Numbered from the stretch's first letter, positions 28,347 through 39,035 are shown. The stretch is DNA of 50,638 bases from Campylobacterota bacterium (GCA_022600175.1 JAHZKW010000105.1:1-50638), one strand, 5' to 3'. A program made the numbers and translations. Notes: a model not told the origin generated them from the letters alone.

Positions 28347-29326
28347 CGACGTTGCAATATATGCAAATACTCCATCGTTGAATTTGCTTTATGATTTCTA
28401 TTGGTATTATTATCTGCTTTAAAACGTTTATAATCTGTAACAATAAGTTGATAGTTTCCAAACTTTTTCATCAATTCACTCACTGTATTTTTAGACATCA
28501 ACCCTTCATTGTTGTAACTTAAAAAAATATACTCAAACTTTGCATTTGTAATCAACTCTTCAAAACTTTTAGCTGCGACTCTACGTTTACAATAATTTGA
28601 ACGGTGATAATCTCTCATCCCTGTTTTACCTGAGGGATGAAACTGATCATCCAAGGCAATAGTGTTTAATATATGGTAATTTGCACCATACTGTCGTGCA
28701 TTATAAGGAGGGTCTAGGTATAGGATATCTCCTTCTATCTCACAAATCAACTCATTGCTATCTCTATTGTGTACTTCATGTGACTTAATATCTGTTTCAA
28801 AAAGTGCAGGTTCAATCCATAAAGGCTGTAAAGCCGTTTTTTTAAGCTTTTTAAGAAATGCTCCATAAACAGAAGCGGTATTAGCTATTTTATCTGCACT
28901 CTCAATCAAAGAGGCTAATAAGAAAAAGTAAAGATCTTCGTCACTCTTATAACGTTCAATCTCTTGACGCACGCCATCAATCTTTTTACCATTTTCATCA
29001 CTAAAATAGTTTCTCTCACTTCCACTACCTAGACAATAGTGTTTATAAATAAACCCCTCTTTAGGCTCTACACTATTTAAAATATCAATATAAGGAGCAT
29101 AATCAATAGCTTGGTAATTACCAATATAGTTTCGATTAAGTACATAGCTGTAATATTCCAAATCATTACTGATAACTTTTTTTACATCACTTTTAAAACT
29201 TTTTCCTACAATACCTGTGCCTGCAAAAAGATCACAAAAAACTTTATCTGAGAGATCACCAACAATATCTGTAATAGTCTCTTTCAAAAAAGAGGAGAGT
29301 CTGCGCTTGGAGCCAATGTAGTTCAT
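28343..29326 (-). CDS. Orphan D12-class DNA adenine methyltransferase, M.NlaIII/M.HpyI-like (probably CATG)
   Basis: MNYIGSK, DLFAGTG, ANTASVYGAFLK, YLDPPYNARQYGANYH and SYNNEG motifs, close to M.HpyI as recalled. Confidence 0.85.
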   Translation of the reverse strand: MNYIGSKRRLSSFLKETITDIVGDLSDKVFCDLFAGTGIVGKSFKSDVKKVISNDLEYYSYVLNRNYIGNYQAIDYAPYIDILNSVEPKEGFIYKHYCLGSGSERNYFSDENGKKIDGVRQEIERYKSDEDLYFFLLASLIESADKIANTASVYGAFLKKLKKTALQPLWIEPALFETDIKSHEVHNRDSNELICEIEGDILYLDPPYNARQYGANYHILNTIALDDQFHPSGKTGMRDYHRSNYCKRRVAAKSFEELITNAKFEYIFLSYNNEGLMSKNTVSELMKKFGNYQLIVTDYKRFKADNNTNRNHKANSTMEYLHILQRR

Positions 29327-29439
29327 GCAAAGAATTATAGGATATTTAACATTAATACTTTTTTTATAGAGCTATTTTCACTTTCTATGAGTCACTAAAA
29401 AGCAAATTTTTGCTATTCTTTTTCAAAAAAGAGCATTTT

Positions 29440-30465
29440 ATGAATCTACTTGTTTCAGCACTTGAACCTTCAGCAAACTTACATCTTGAACCTATTTTAA
29501 ATAAACTTGAAACTTTTACGCTTAGCGGTATTTTTGATCAAAAGTTTGGCACACCACTCTACCAATCTAGTGAATTTTCCGTAATGGGTTTTCTAGATAT
29601 TTTACCTAAGATATTCAAAGCCAAAGAGGCTATTGCTGAAATGGTTTTTTTAGCCAAAGAGGTTGATACAATACTGCTTATCGATTCACCTGCATTTAAT
29701 TTACCTTTAGCAAAAGCGATCAAGAAACGTTATCCCGAAAAGAAGATTGTCTATTATATACTGCCTAAAGTATGGGCATGGAAGAAAGGGCGTGTAAAAC
29801 AGGTTGAAGCATACTGTGATGTATTAGCCTCTATCTTCCCTTTTGAAGAGCAGTTTTACAATAAAAGTATCTACATAGGTAACCCTCTCTTAGATGAGAT
29901 AATAGCATTTAAGGACCCTCAAAAAACTTACCACCAAATTGCATTTTTACCAGGAAGTCGTAAAAGTGAAATCAAAAAGCTTATGCCTATTTTTAAAGAG
30001 ACCGCACAACAGATAGAGAGTAAGAAGGTTCTTGTCATTCCAAAATTTTTGCAAGGAGAAGATTTAACAAAAATTTATGGAGATATAGATGATTTTGATA
30101 TCTCATATGATATGCAAAGTACACTAACACAAAGTGATTTTGCTTTTATTTGTTCAGGGACAGCAACGCTCGAAGCAACCATCATCGGAACACCATTTGT
30201 CTTGGCATATAAAGCTAAAAAACTAGACTATTTTATTGCAAGTCGGCTTGTCAAACTCTCTCATGTGGGGCTTGCAAATATTATCATGGACTTTGCAGGT
30301 AAGCAATCCGTACATCAAGAACTTTTACAAGAAGATGTCACTGTTAAAAACCTTTTAAATGCTTATGAGACGTTTGATACAGAAAAGTTTTACAAAAAGG
30401 CTAAAGATGTCAAAAATATTCTTCAACATGGTGCAGTAGATCATATAATTCCTAGACTAATTTAA
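29440..30465 (+). CDS. lpxB: Lipid A disaccharide synthase
   Basis: ALEPSANLH, IDSPAFN, WAWK, PGSRKSE and SGTATLE motifs. Confidence 0.93.
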   Translation: MNLLVSALEPSANLHLEPILNKLETFTLSGIFDQKFGTPLYQSSEFSVMGFLDILPKIFKAKEAIAEMVFLAKEVDTILLIDSPAFNLPLAKAIKKRYPEKKIVYYILPKVWAWKKGRVKQVEAYCDVLASIFPFEEQFYNKSIYIGNPLLDEIIAFKDPQKTYHQIAFLPGSRKSEIKKLMPIFKETAQQIESKKVLVIPKFLQGEDLTKIYGDIDDFDISYDMQSTLTQSDFAFICSGTATLEATIIGTPFVLAYKAKKLDYFIASRLVKLSHVGLANIIMDFAGKQSVHQELLQEDVTVKNLLNAYETFDTEKFYKKAKDVKNILQHGAVDHIIPRLI

Positions 30466-30532
30466 ATAATTTAAATTTTATTTATGATATTCCGCTAGTA
30501 TAAGCTAAAGCTTATCTCGAAGGAAGTATAGG

Positions 30533-31234
30533 ATGAAAAGAAAAACTATTTACATTTTTATCACTACCATTTTACTTTTACTATCAGGTTGTGGGAGTAG
30601 TGGTCCTAGTGAAAATAGCCTACAAGAGCGTGGTGAACTCAATGTTGAACAAACCCCTATTATAACTTATACAAATGATGGGTTGTATGATCTGAGTGAA
30701 TATATACTACCTTCACTATCAAGTAAAATGTTTGCAATCTCAACTTATACTGAAGATACTAACCTCTCTGATACAGAGTATGGTATCTTGCAAGAACGAA
30801 ACTTTTTTACACAAACAACACAAGTGAATAGCAACCAAGTCACTTTTTATAAAGATGAAACATTTGAAGAACTTCTCACCGTACTAGATGACCGTCTACA
30901 ACTTGAAGATAGCAATAACTCTAAAATGGACATAGTCCGTTTTGCAGATCTTCAAGATAACCTATTAGTGCGAGAGGAAACATTCCAACTTGATAGCAAC
31001 AGATCCCAGACATTTGAAGTCACATGTAGACTGAGTGATCACTTGGAACACTATAATAGTTTTTCAGACGTACTAAAAGTAAGCTGTAATACAGATACGT
31101 TTAACTACAGTGCACAATATTACTATGCTTATGGATTAGGCAGTATCAAAGAAGTCAATACCCTCTGTGAAGAGAGCGAAACTACAAATTTAGTATGTAC
31201 ACATATCATCAAGCAGTATCAAATCTTTAATTAA
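30533..31234 (+). CDS. Hypothetical lipoprotein
   Basis: Lipobox LSGC; acidic, beta-rich body. Confidence 0.7.
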   Translation: MKRKTIYIFITTILLLLSGCGSSGPSENSLQERGELNVEQTPIITYTNDGLYDLSEYILPSLSSKMFAISTYTEDTNLSDTEYGILQERNFFTQTTQVNSNQVTFYKDETFEELLTVLDDRLQLEDSNNSKMDIVRFADLQDNLLVREETFQLDSNRSQTFEVTCRLSDHLEHYNSFSDVLKVSCNTDTFNYSAQYYYAYGLGSIKEVNTLCEESETTNLVCTHIIKQYQIFN

Positions 31235-31240
31235 GAATAT

Positions 31241-31274
31241 ATGTAAGAAAGGAAATAGCATTTCCCCCTTACAT
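31241..31274. terminator. Hairpin between convergent genes
   Basis: ATGTAAG..GGAAAT-AGC-ATTTCC..CTTACAT inverted repeat. Confidence 0.45.
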
Positions 31275-31282
31275 CACGCTCT

Positions 31283-31804
31283 TTAGTTAGATGTTAATGC
31301 TTCTGTAAAGTCAAGCGTATTTGGTCTTTTAGCTGATGTAGAGCCATCTAAAGTATCTGAGTCTATAGCGGAATATAGTTTATTATTTTCTTTATAAATA
31401 ATTGAATACTCTGTAGACCCTACAGGTGGTAGTTCTGCTAGTTGACCTTCTGCTAGATTAAACCCTGTTAAAGTTAAATCAATCTCTGAAGCTTGTTTAT
31501 TTCCTGTTGTAGTAACATTACTACCTAATACATAATTATAATTTAGCGTAATATCAAATAAAATATCAGCCTCAATATTATTACAAGTTAGATTGTCATA
31601 TGTGACATTTCTTACCGTGAGTACACTATCAGTAAAAGTAAAAGTATCTTGATCAGATATTGTTTCATCAACCTCACATTGACTTATCCAATTTCCTTTA
31701 AGATCACTTGTACTTACGTTGCTACTTGAACTATTACTTCCACATCCACTAAATGAAGCTACCAACCCCACTAACGTTAATACACTTAACACACTTTTTT
31801 TCAT
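31283..31804 (-). CDS. Hypothetical lipoprotein (possible lipocalin-like barrel)
   Basis: Lipobox FSGC, Ser-rich linker, LKGNW motif. Confidence 0.7.
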   Translation of the reverse strand: MKKSVLSVLTLVGLVASFSGCGSNSSSSNVSTSDLKGNWISQCEVDETISDQDTFTFTDSVLTVRNVTYDNLTCNNIEADILFDITLNYNYVLGSNVTTTGNKQASEIDLTLTGFNLAEGQLAELPPVGSTEYSIIYKENNKLYSAIDSDTLDGSTSAKRPNTLDFTEALTSN

Positions 31805-31896
31805 CCATACTCCTTAAAAATTATTCATAGTAATTCAGATACTAACATAAATAAACATATAAAAAAGAAACTTTTTAACTTTTCATAGTCACTCTC

Positions 31897-31905
31897 TGCT
31901 ATAAT
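31897..31905 (+). promoter_or_regulatory. Extended -10 promoter of the greA operon
   Basis: TGCTATAAT followed by AGGAAGG SD and the greA ATG. Confidence 0.6.
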
Positions 31906-31933
31906 CACCTCTTAATTATAGGAAGGAAGATAG

Positions 31934-32419
31934 ATGAATAAACAACCTATTACTATACTTGGTCGTCAAAAATTAGGACAAGAGCTTCATGACCTAAAAA
32001 TGGTTCAACGCCCACAAACAGTTAAAGAGATTGATATTGCAAGAGAGCATGGAGATCTAAAAGAGAATGCAGAATATCATGCCGCAAGAGAAAAACTACG
32101 CTTTATTGAAGCACGTATGGCAGAACTTGCTGACCTTTATGATAGTGTACAAGAGATTGACCCTTCAAAATTTCCACATGATAAAGTGATGTTTGGATCT
32201 ACCATTACAGTAGAAAATATGGATACAGAAGCGCAAGCAACTTATACCATTGTGGGTACTTATGAGAGTAATCCTGACAAAGGACTCATCTCATCTATCA
32301 CTCCCTTAGCACGTCAACTCATGGGCAAAGAGGAAGGTGATGAAGTCACAGTCAAGCTTCCAGGTGGTGAGGTTGAGTATGAGATTGTCTCTATTGCTTA
32401 TCAAGAAATCACATTTTAG
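31934..32419 (+). CDS. greA: Transcription elongation factor GreA
   Basis: AREHGDLKENAEYHAA motif. Confidence 0.96.
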   Translation: MNKQPITILGRQKLGQELHDLKMVQRPQTVKEIDIAREHGDLKENAEYHAAREKLRFIEARMAELADLYDSVQEIDPSKFPHDKVMFGSTITVENMDTEAQATYTIVGTYESNPDKGLISSITPLARQLMGKEEGDEVTVKLPGGEVEYEIVSIAYQEITF

Positions 32420-32427
32420 GAACAACG

Positions 32428-33435
32428 ATGATAAATGTTGCAATTGTAGGCGCAAGCGGTTATACAGGTCTTGAACTTTTAAAAATGTTGATACATCACC
32501 CTAAATTTAATATTACCTATATCGCTACAAGCAATGGTGGTGAATCACTGCATACACTGCACCCCTCTTTAACACATATTTTTAATGCACCCGTAGAAAA
32601 AGCAGATGCTAAAGCAATTGCACAAAAAGCTGAGTTAGCATTTTTGGCACTTCCACATAAAGCCTCTATGGGTTTTGCTAAAGAGCTTTTAGCACTAGAT
32701 GTCAAAGTGGTAGATCTCTCAGCAGATTATCGCCTTGAACTTGAAACATATGAAAAGCATTATTGTCCACATGAAGATAAAGCACACTTAAAAGATGCGG
32801 TCTATGGACTACCTGAGATGTATCGCGATGAAATTAAAAAAACAAATCTTGTTGCAAATCCGGGCTGTTATCCAACGGCATCTATACTGGGTATTTTACC
32901 TTTTACAAAATATATTGATGAAAACTTTCCAATCTTTATTGATGCAAAAAGTGGCGTCTCAGGTGCAGGGAAAAAATGTACAAATAATACACACTATATC
33001 TCTATCAACGAGAATATTTTTGCCTATAATCCTTTTATGCATCGCCACGAACCAGAGATCAAAGAGAAACTTCGTCTACAAAGTGGGAAGGAGTTTGATG
33101 TCAATTTTGTCCCCCACCTTATCCCAGCAACGCGTGGTGAGATGATTGACGCATATATGTTACTCAAAGAGGAGATTAATCCTATCGCTGTACTTGAAGA
33201 GTTTTACAAGGATGAAGCATTTGTACGTATTTTTGAAAATCCTGTAGACCTCAAGTCTTGTGCAGGAACAAACTTCTGTGATATTTTTGCAAAAGTCAAA
33301 GGAAAAAAACTTTACATTAATAGCGCAGTAGACAATATCTTACGAGGTGCATCATCACAAGCAGTGGCCAATGCAAATCTTATGTGTGGTTTTGAAGAGC
33401 ATCTAGCCATTCCTACTATCGCTTATGTCCCTTAA
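32428..33435 (+). CDS. argC: N-acetyl-gamma-glutamyl-phosphate reductase
   Basis: GASGYTG, DLSADYR, ANPGCYPT and SGVSGAG motifs. Confidence 0.96.
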   Translation: MINVAIVGASGYTGLELLKMLIHHPKFNITYIATSNGGESLHTLHPSLTHIFNAPVEKADAKAIAQKAELAFLALPHKASMGFAKELLALDVKVVDLSADYRLELETYEKHYCPHEDKAHLKDAVYGLPEMYRDEIKKTNLVANPGCYPTASILGILPFTKYIDENFPIFIDAKSGVSGAGKKCTNNTHYISINENIFAYNPFMHRHEPEIKEKLRLQSGKEFDVNFVPHLIPATRGEMIDAYMLLKEEINPIAVLEEFYKDEAFVRIFENPVDLKSCAGTNFCDIFAKVKGKKLYINSAVDNILRGASSQAVANANLMCGFEEHLAIPTIAYVP

Positions 33436-34168
33436 GCAAAAACACCCTATCCAGATACAAGATGGTGCACTCTTTATCTCGGATGCACATGATAATGAAA
33501 AAAGAGATGGTTTCCACCAATTTTTACAACAACTTATCCAAGGGAAAAGAACAACTTCACAACTTTTTTTAATGGGAGATATGTTTGATCTTTTAGTAGG
33601 TGAGGTCACTTATACAAAGTCACTTTTTAGTAATACAATTACCCTCTTAAATACCCTCTCCACTAAAATTGAGATCTATTACTTTGAAGGTAATCACGAC
33701 TTTAATCTCCAACCACTCTTTCCTAATATCACAGTGATACCACTCAAAAACCAACCTACCCTATGCACAATTGGTTCTCAAAAACTCCTCCTCTCTCATG
33801 GAGACCTTTACCAAGGATTCTCTTATACACTTTATACAGCACTTATTCGAAATAGCAACCTTCTAAAATTTCTCAATTTCATAGATATAAGAACAGATAA
33901 TAGTATCTCAAAAAAAATCTTAACCCCACAACTCACTAAAGAAATCTGTTACAAGATCTCTAATTTTCAAGAGATTATTAAACAAAAAATTAAAAAGTAC
34001 GATATAGGGATAACTGAAATTGATTTTGTCTGCGAAGGACACCATCACCAAAACAAAGTCTATGAGTTTGAACATCTAAACTATATAAACTTTAGCAGTT
34101 TTGCCTGTGATAAGTGTTACTATCAAATAACCTTCAAGGAGAAAATCAAATTTATGAAACTTTCCTAA
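33425..34168 (+). CDS. lpxH: UDP-2,3-diacylglucosamine hydrolase (metallophosphoesterase)
   Basis: ISDAH, GDMFD, GNHD, HGD and GHHH motifs; located before cheV. Confidence 0.8.
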   Translation: MSLKQKHPIQIQDGALFISDAHDNEKRDGFHQFLQQLIQGKRTTSQLFLMGDMFDLLVGEVTYTKSLFSNTITLLNTLSTKIEIYYFEGNHDFNLQPLFPNITVIPLKNQPTLCTIGSQKLLLSHGDLYQGFSYTLYTALIRNSNLLKFLNFIDIRTDNSISKKILTPQLTKEICYKISNFQEIIKQKIKKYDIGITEIDFVCEGHHHQNKVYEFEHLNYINFSSFACDKCYYQITFKEKIKFMKLS

Positions 34169-34177
34169 GGGGATAAC

Positions 34178-35143
34178 ATGAATGATGATAATATCTTAAA
34201 GGTTGGATCCAATGAGATGGAGCTTGTGGATTTTCGTATTTTAAAAGAGACAAATGGGAAAATCTATGAAGGGATTTATGGCGTTAATGTTGCCAAAGTC
34301 AGAGAGATTATCAAACTTCCGAACCTAACCGAACTTCCAGGTGCCCCTGACTATATCGATGGTATTTTTGATCTTCGTGGTATTGTGATTCCTGTTGTAA
34401 ACTTAGCAAAATGGATGAACATCAAACCTCCAGAAAAAAGCGAACTTCAACTTCGCGTCATTATCACCGAGTTTAATAATATCCTTATTGGATTTGCCGT
34501 ACATGAGGCCAGACGAATCAGGCGAATCAGCTGGTCAGACATAGAGTCTGCCTCTTTTGCATCTAGTGATCAAGGTGCCTTTGATAAAACAAAAATCACA
34601 GGTGTCACTAAAATAGAAAATGATGAAGTCCTCCTTGTACTAGATCTTGAAAGTATTGTTGAAGAACTTGGCTTCTATCAGCCCTCTACAGACTTTACAG
34701 AAGATGCTATAGAGAAGTTTAAAGGTACCGCTTTAATCCTCGATGATAGTGCCACGGCAAGACGTATTGTCAAAGAAGCAATGCAAAAGATGGGATTTAG
34801 TGTTGTTGAAGCCAAAGATGGCGTTGATGGTCTTGAAAAACTCAATGAACTTATCAATATCTTTGGTGAATCACTTACCCAAGAGTTACGGATTATCATT
34901 AGTGATGTCGAAATGCCACAAATGGATGGATTTCATTTTGCATCACACGTTAAAAAAGATGACAGAACAAAAAATATTCCTTTAGTCTTTAACTCTTCCA
35001 TTAGTGATCATTTTAGTGATATACGAGGTGCAGATGCAGGCGCAGATGCTTATCTTACAAAATTTGATGCATCCACATTTTATACAGAAGTCGCAAAAGC
35101 GATTCATTCACATGCAGATAAAACTATGGCTTCAATAGCATAA
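34178..35143 (+). CDS. cheV: Chemotaxis protein CheV (CheW + receiver)
   Basis: YGVNVAKVREI CheW domain and SDVEMPQMDG receiver domain. Confidence 0.95.
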   Translation: MNDDNILKVGSNEMELVDFRILKETNGKIYEGIYGVNVAKVREIIKLPNLTELPGAPDYIDGIFDLRGIVIPVVNLAKWMNIKPPEKSELQLRVIITEFNNILIGFAVHEARRIRRISWSDIESASFASSDQGAFDKTKITGVTKIENDEVLLVLDLESIVEELGFYQPSTDFTEDAIEKFKGTALILDDSATARRIVKEAMQKMGFSVVEAKDGVDGLEKLNELINIFGESLTQELRIIISDVEMPQMDGFHFASHVKKDDRTKNIPLVFNSSISDHFSDIRGADAGADAYLTKFDASTFYTEVAKAIHSHADKTMASIA

Positions 35144-35155
35144 GGAGAACAGAAG

Positions 35156-37573
35156 ATGGATGATTTACAAGAAATTCTAGAAGACTTTTTGATTGAGGCC
35201 TTTGAACTTATTGAACAGATGGATCAAGATCTCGTTGAACTAGAATCCAATCCCGAAGATCTAGAGCTACTGAATGGTATTTTTAGAGTTGCCCATACGG
35301 TCAAAGGTTCAAGTTCATTTTTAAATTTTGATATTCTTACAGAACTTACACACCATATGGAAGATGTACTCAACAAAGCAAGAAAAGATGAACTAAAAAT
35401 CACCCCTGATATTATGGATGTAATCTTAGAATCTGTTGATATGATGAAGGGACTTTTAGAGTCTATCAAAGAGAATGGCAACGATACAGAGAGTGGTATT
35501 GAAATTAAAAATATCTGTGCACAATTTGATGCTATCTCTAATGGAAAAAGTATCCCTGAAAAACAAGAGGGTGAATGCCTTGAAGCAGAGATCAATGAAG
35601 TGATGAATGAAATGACATCACCAACGATTGAAGAGTCACCTGCACCGCAAGAAGAACCCACACCTGAACCTGAGACAGCTGTGAGTGATGAAGATCTTTC
35701 TAGTCTTTCAGATGATGAAGTGGAAGCAGAGATTGAGAGACTACTCGCAGAAAAGATGGAAGAAAAGCTTGCAAAAAAAGCAAAAAAAGCACAATCTACC
35801 CCAGAATCAAAGCCTGCTGAAGTTACGATCACACCAGAACCACAAATAGCTACACCTGCACCAAAACCAGCGGTACCTGTTAAAAAAGAGGTAGCAAAAG
35901 CAAAAACCCCACCTAAAAAAGTAGAGAAAAAAGTAGCCTCTACCCCAGAACAGACGATTCGTGTTGAAGTAAATAGACTAGATCACCTTATGAATCTTAT
36001 CGGAGAGTTAGTACTAGGGAAAAATAGACTCTTAAAAATTTATGATGACGTTGAAGAGCGTTATGAAGGTGAAAAGTTTTTAGAAGAGCTCAACCAGGTG
36101 GTCTCTTCCGTATCATTGGTCACAACAGATCTACAAATTGCCGTCATGAAAACAAGAATGTTACCAGTCTCTAAAGTCTTTAATAAATTTCCTAGACTTG
36201 TACGTGATCTTTCACGTGAACTTAACAAAGAGATCGATCTTATCCTAACAGGAGAAGAGACAGAACTTGATAAATCAATTGTTGAAGAGATTGGTGATCC
36301 ATTGGTTCACATGATTCGAAATTCATGTGATCATGGGGTGGAATCTCCAGAGATAAGAATTGCCGCAGATAAACCAGCAAAAGGTACAGTCAACCTCAAA
36401 GCTTATAATGAAGGTAATCAAATTGTCATCGAAATTAAAGATGATGGTGCAGGTATGGATGCAGACTTCTTAAAAATGAAAGCGCTTGATAAAGAGATTA
36501 TTACTGAACGTGAAGCGGAAAACCTCTCTGATAAAGAAGCATATAGTCTCATCTTTAAACCAGGCTTCTCAACAGCTGCTAAAGTAACAGGTGTTTCAGG
36601 AAGAGGTGTTGGTATGGATGTTGTAAAAACCAATATCGAAAAACTTAATGGTATTATTGATATCGATAGTGAGCTTGGTGTAGGATCAACTTTTAAACTC
36701 AAGATCCCTCTTACTTTAGCTATTATGCAAGCCCTACTTGTCTCTGCTCAAGAGGAGTATTTTGCAATTCCACTCTCTTCGGTACTTGAAACTGTAAGAA
36801 TTTCAATCGATGAAGTCTATACGATAGAGGGTAAAAATGTTCTTCGTCTAAGAGATGAGATTCTTTCACTTGTTAGACTCTCTGATATGTTTGGTGTAGA
36901 ACAAGTCTTTGACAGTGGTGAACACGCGTATGTAGTGATTATCGGTCTTGCTGAGAGTAAGATGGGTATTATCGTTGATGGTCTTGTCGGGCAAGAGGAG
37001 ATTGTTATCAAATCTATGGGTGATTATCTACAAGGTATTGAAGGAATTGCAGGAGCGACCATTAGAGGTGATGGTGGTGTGACCCTGATTACTGATGTTG
37101 CTGCAATGATGAATCTTGCAAAGGGAATCAAAGTAGATCTCACACAAGAAGCATCAAACAACCTGACACAAGTCAAAAATAACCCAAGTGATTATAATGT
37201 ACTTATTGTGGATGATAGTAAAACAGATCGAACTATCATGCAAAAATCATTAGCACCTTTGGGGGTCACACTCTCTGAAGCAACCAATGGTGTAGAAGCA
37301 CTCAATATTCTCAAATCAAATGAAACATCTTTTGATGCAATCTTAGTAGATATCGAAATGCCTCAAATGGATGGCTATACACTCGCAAGTGAAATTAGAA
37401 AATACTCAAAGTATAAAAAACTACCGCTTCTAGCAGTCACCTCGAGAACTTCCAAATCTGATCGATTAAGAGGTGTGGAAGTTGGTATGACAGAGTATAT
37501 TACGAAACCATATTCACCTGAATATCTAAGAAACGCAGTCAGTAAAAATATTAAATTACCGGTGGAGGCATAA
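35156..37573 (+). CDS. cheA: Chemotaxis histidine kinase CheA with C-terminal receiver domain
   Basis: Hpt AHTVKG, HATPase RNSCDHG/GRGVGMD, CheW domain, receiver DIEMP. Confidence 0.97.
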   Translation: MDDLQEILEDFLIEAFELIEQMDQDLVELESNPEDLELLNGIFRVAHTVKGSSSFLNFDILTELTHHMEDVLNKARKDELKITPDIMDVILESVDMMKGLLESIKENGNDTESGIEIKNICAQFDAISNGKSIPEKQEGECLEAEINEVMNEMTSPTIEESPAPQEEPTPEPETAVSDEDLSSLSDDEVEAEIERLLAEKMEEKLAKKAKKAQSTPESKPAEVTITPEPQIATPAPKPAVPVKKEVAKAKTPPKKVEKKVASTPEQTIRVEVNRLDHLMNLIGELVLGKNRLLKIYDDVEERYEGEKFLEELNQVVSSVSLVTTDLQIAVMKTRMLPVSKVFNKFPRLVRDLSRELNKEIDLILTGEETELDKSIVEEIGDPLVHMIRNSCDHGVESPEIRIAADKPAKGTVNLKAYNEGNQIVIEIKDDGAGMDADFLKMKALDKEIITEREAENLSDKEAYSLIFKPGFSTAAKVTGVSGRGVGMDVVKTNIEKLNGIIDIDSELGVGSTFKLKIPLTLAIMQALLVSAQEEYFAIPLSSVLETVRISIDEVYTIEGKNVLRLRDEILSLVRLSDMFGVEQVFDSGEHAYVVIIGLAESKMGIIVDGLVGQEEIVIKSMGDYLQGIEGIAGATIRGDGGVTLITDVAAMMNLAKGIKVDLTQEASNNLTQVKNNPSDYNVLIVDDSKTDRTIMQKSLAPLGVTLSEATNGVEALNILKSNETSFDAILVDIEMPQMDGYTLASEIRKYSKYKKLPLLAVTSRTSKSDRLRGVEVGMTEYITKPYSPEYLRNAVSKNIKLPVEA

Positions 37574-37576
37574 GCC

Positions 37577-38080
37577 ATGAGTGAACAACTAGAGCAAGTT
37601 TTACAAAACCAAAAAAAGCAAATGGATAGTGAATTAGGTTCTAACCATAGGGAAGAGGATATTACTCAACTTGTTGGTTTTATCGTAGGTGATGAAGAGT
37701 ATGCTATACCTATTTTAAATATTCAAGAGATTATTAAGCCAATCGAATATACAAGAGTACCAAGCACACCTGCCTATGTATTAGGAGCGTTTAACTTAAG
37801 AGGAAATGTCATTCCATTGATTGATCTTAGAATGAAATTTAATCTTCCTGCCCTTAACCAAAATGAGGATACCCGTTATATTGTTATGAAAGAGGGAGAA
37901 AATATTGCAGGTTTTGTGATCGATAAACTGACTGAAGCCGTACGGCTTAAAGCGAGTCAAATTGAATCAGCACCTGAAACACTGCATAAAGAAAAAGGGA
38001 CGATCAATGGTATTGGAAAACGTGCAGATAGTATCCTTACGATTCTAAACGTCAGCTCCCTTTTAAAAAGAGATTTTTAG
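37577..38080 (+). CDS. cheW: Chemotaxis protein CheW
   Basis: EEYAIPI..IQEI and NLRGNVIPLIDLR motifs. Confidence 0.95.
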   Translation: MSEQLEQVLQNQKKQMDSELGSNHREEDITQLVGFIVGDEEYAIPILNIQEIIKPIEYTRVPSTPAYVLGAFNLRGNVIPLIDLRMKFNLPALNQNEDTRYIVMKEGENIAGFVIDKLTEAVRLKASQIESAPETLHKEKGTINGIGKRADSILTILNVSSLLKRDF

Positions 38081-38106
38081 AGTTGATCACTCTTTAAATC
38101 TTTTTT
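38065..38106. terminator. Probable bidirectional terminator between cheW and metF
   Basis: A-tract, AGATTT..AGAGT/ACTCT..AAATCT stem, T-tract. Confidence 0.5.
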
Positions 38107-38114
38107 CACACGCA

Positions 38115-39035
38115 CTATCTTCTGTTTTCAATAATCTTTTTTGCCAATGCAAAGTTATTAGCTGCCATCATATGCATTTTAGGATGTAGATCATAAATAT
38201 CACTAAAAGTTTGTATACTCATCTCAAGCCCAATCTTTTCCTGCTCAACATCAGAGATATTTTTCGCATTAAAAAGTTTTTCACTCCATGTTTTTGGCAC
38301 TTCTACTCCTGGTACGTGTGCGGTTAAAAATTGTGCCGTACGAAGCTTGGTAATAGGAAAGAAACCTAAGATCAGTTCTGCCTCTTTCGCTTTTGGTCCA
38401 GCTTCAATTTTTGCTTTGGCAAACAACTCTAATAACATTTTGGCATTTTCTATACTATAAACAGGTTGTGTGATAACCCCTTGTGCACCATGTTCGAGCT
38501 TTAATCTCAGTTTTTTCTGAAGATTTTTAGGATTTCTAGCAAAGGCATTTGCTACAGCAAAAGGATAGATAGGTGCAGGACGCGTATCTAGAGGTTTACC
38601 AGCATAGTCAATTCCCCCATTAAAACAGTTGATCATATCTAAAAGCAGTGTTGAATTACCTTCAAAAACTCCCTTAGTTTTAGGTTGATCACTCATCGAT
38701 GCAGGATCGCCTGTCAAGGCTAAAATAGCCCTGATATCAGACTCATTAGCCCCTAAAAGATCTGATTGTAAACCTATCTTATTACGATCACGCATAGAGA
38801 CAGTTGCGATAGTGGGTTTTTTAAATGTATTTTGCAACTTTAAAGATGCAAAAAGTGCACTATATCTCATCTTAGCAAGAGGTGAATCTGTTACCGAAAA
38901 CCCATCTACTTTTTTATGTAATCCTAACTCTTTGATACGCTCAATAATAGGCGTAAAAGTAGCAGAGTGTTTGGGGGTTGTTTCCAATGTTAAAAAGGAG
39001 TCATTTTTTAATTTTTCTATAAATTGCTCAAACAT
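38115..39035 (-). CDS. metF: Methylenetetrahydrofolate reductase family protein
   Basis: VTDSPLA, RDRN..GLQSDLLGA, LALTGDP and ITQPVY motifs. Confidence 0.85.
   Translation of the reverse strand: MFEQFIEKLKNDSFLTLETTPKHSATFTPIIERIKELGLHKKVDGFSVTDSPLAKMRYSALFASLKLQNTFKKPTIATVSMRDRNKIGLQSDLLGANESDIRAILALTGDPASMSDQPKTKGVFEGNSTLLLDMINCFNGGIDYAGKPLDTRPAPIYPFAVANAFARNPKNLQKKLRLKLEHGAQGVITQPVYSIENAKMLLELFAKAKIEAGPKAKEAELILGFFPITKLRTAQFLTAHVPGVEVPKTWSEKLFNAKNISDVEQEKIGLEMSIQTFSDIYDLHPKMHMMAANNFALAKKIIENRR

Noticed and set aside
35224-35832. 202-aa antisense ORF within cheA, and the other short shadow ORFs in the track
   Set aside because: They fully overlap well-supported genes, and their Ser-rich composition mirrors the sense-strand codons.
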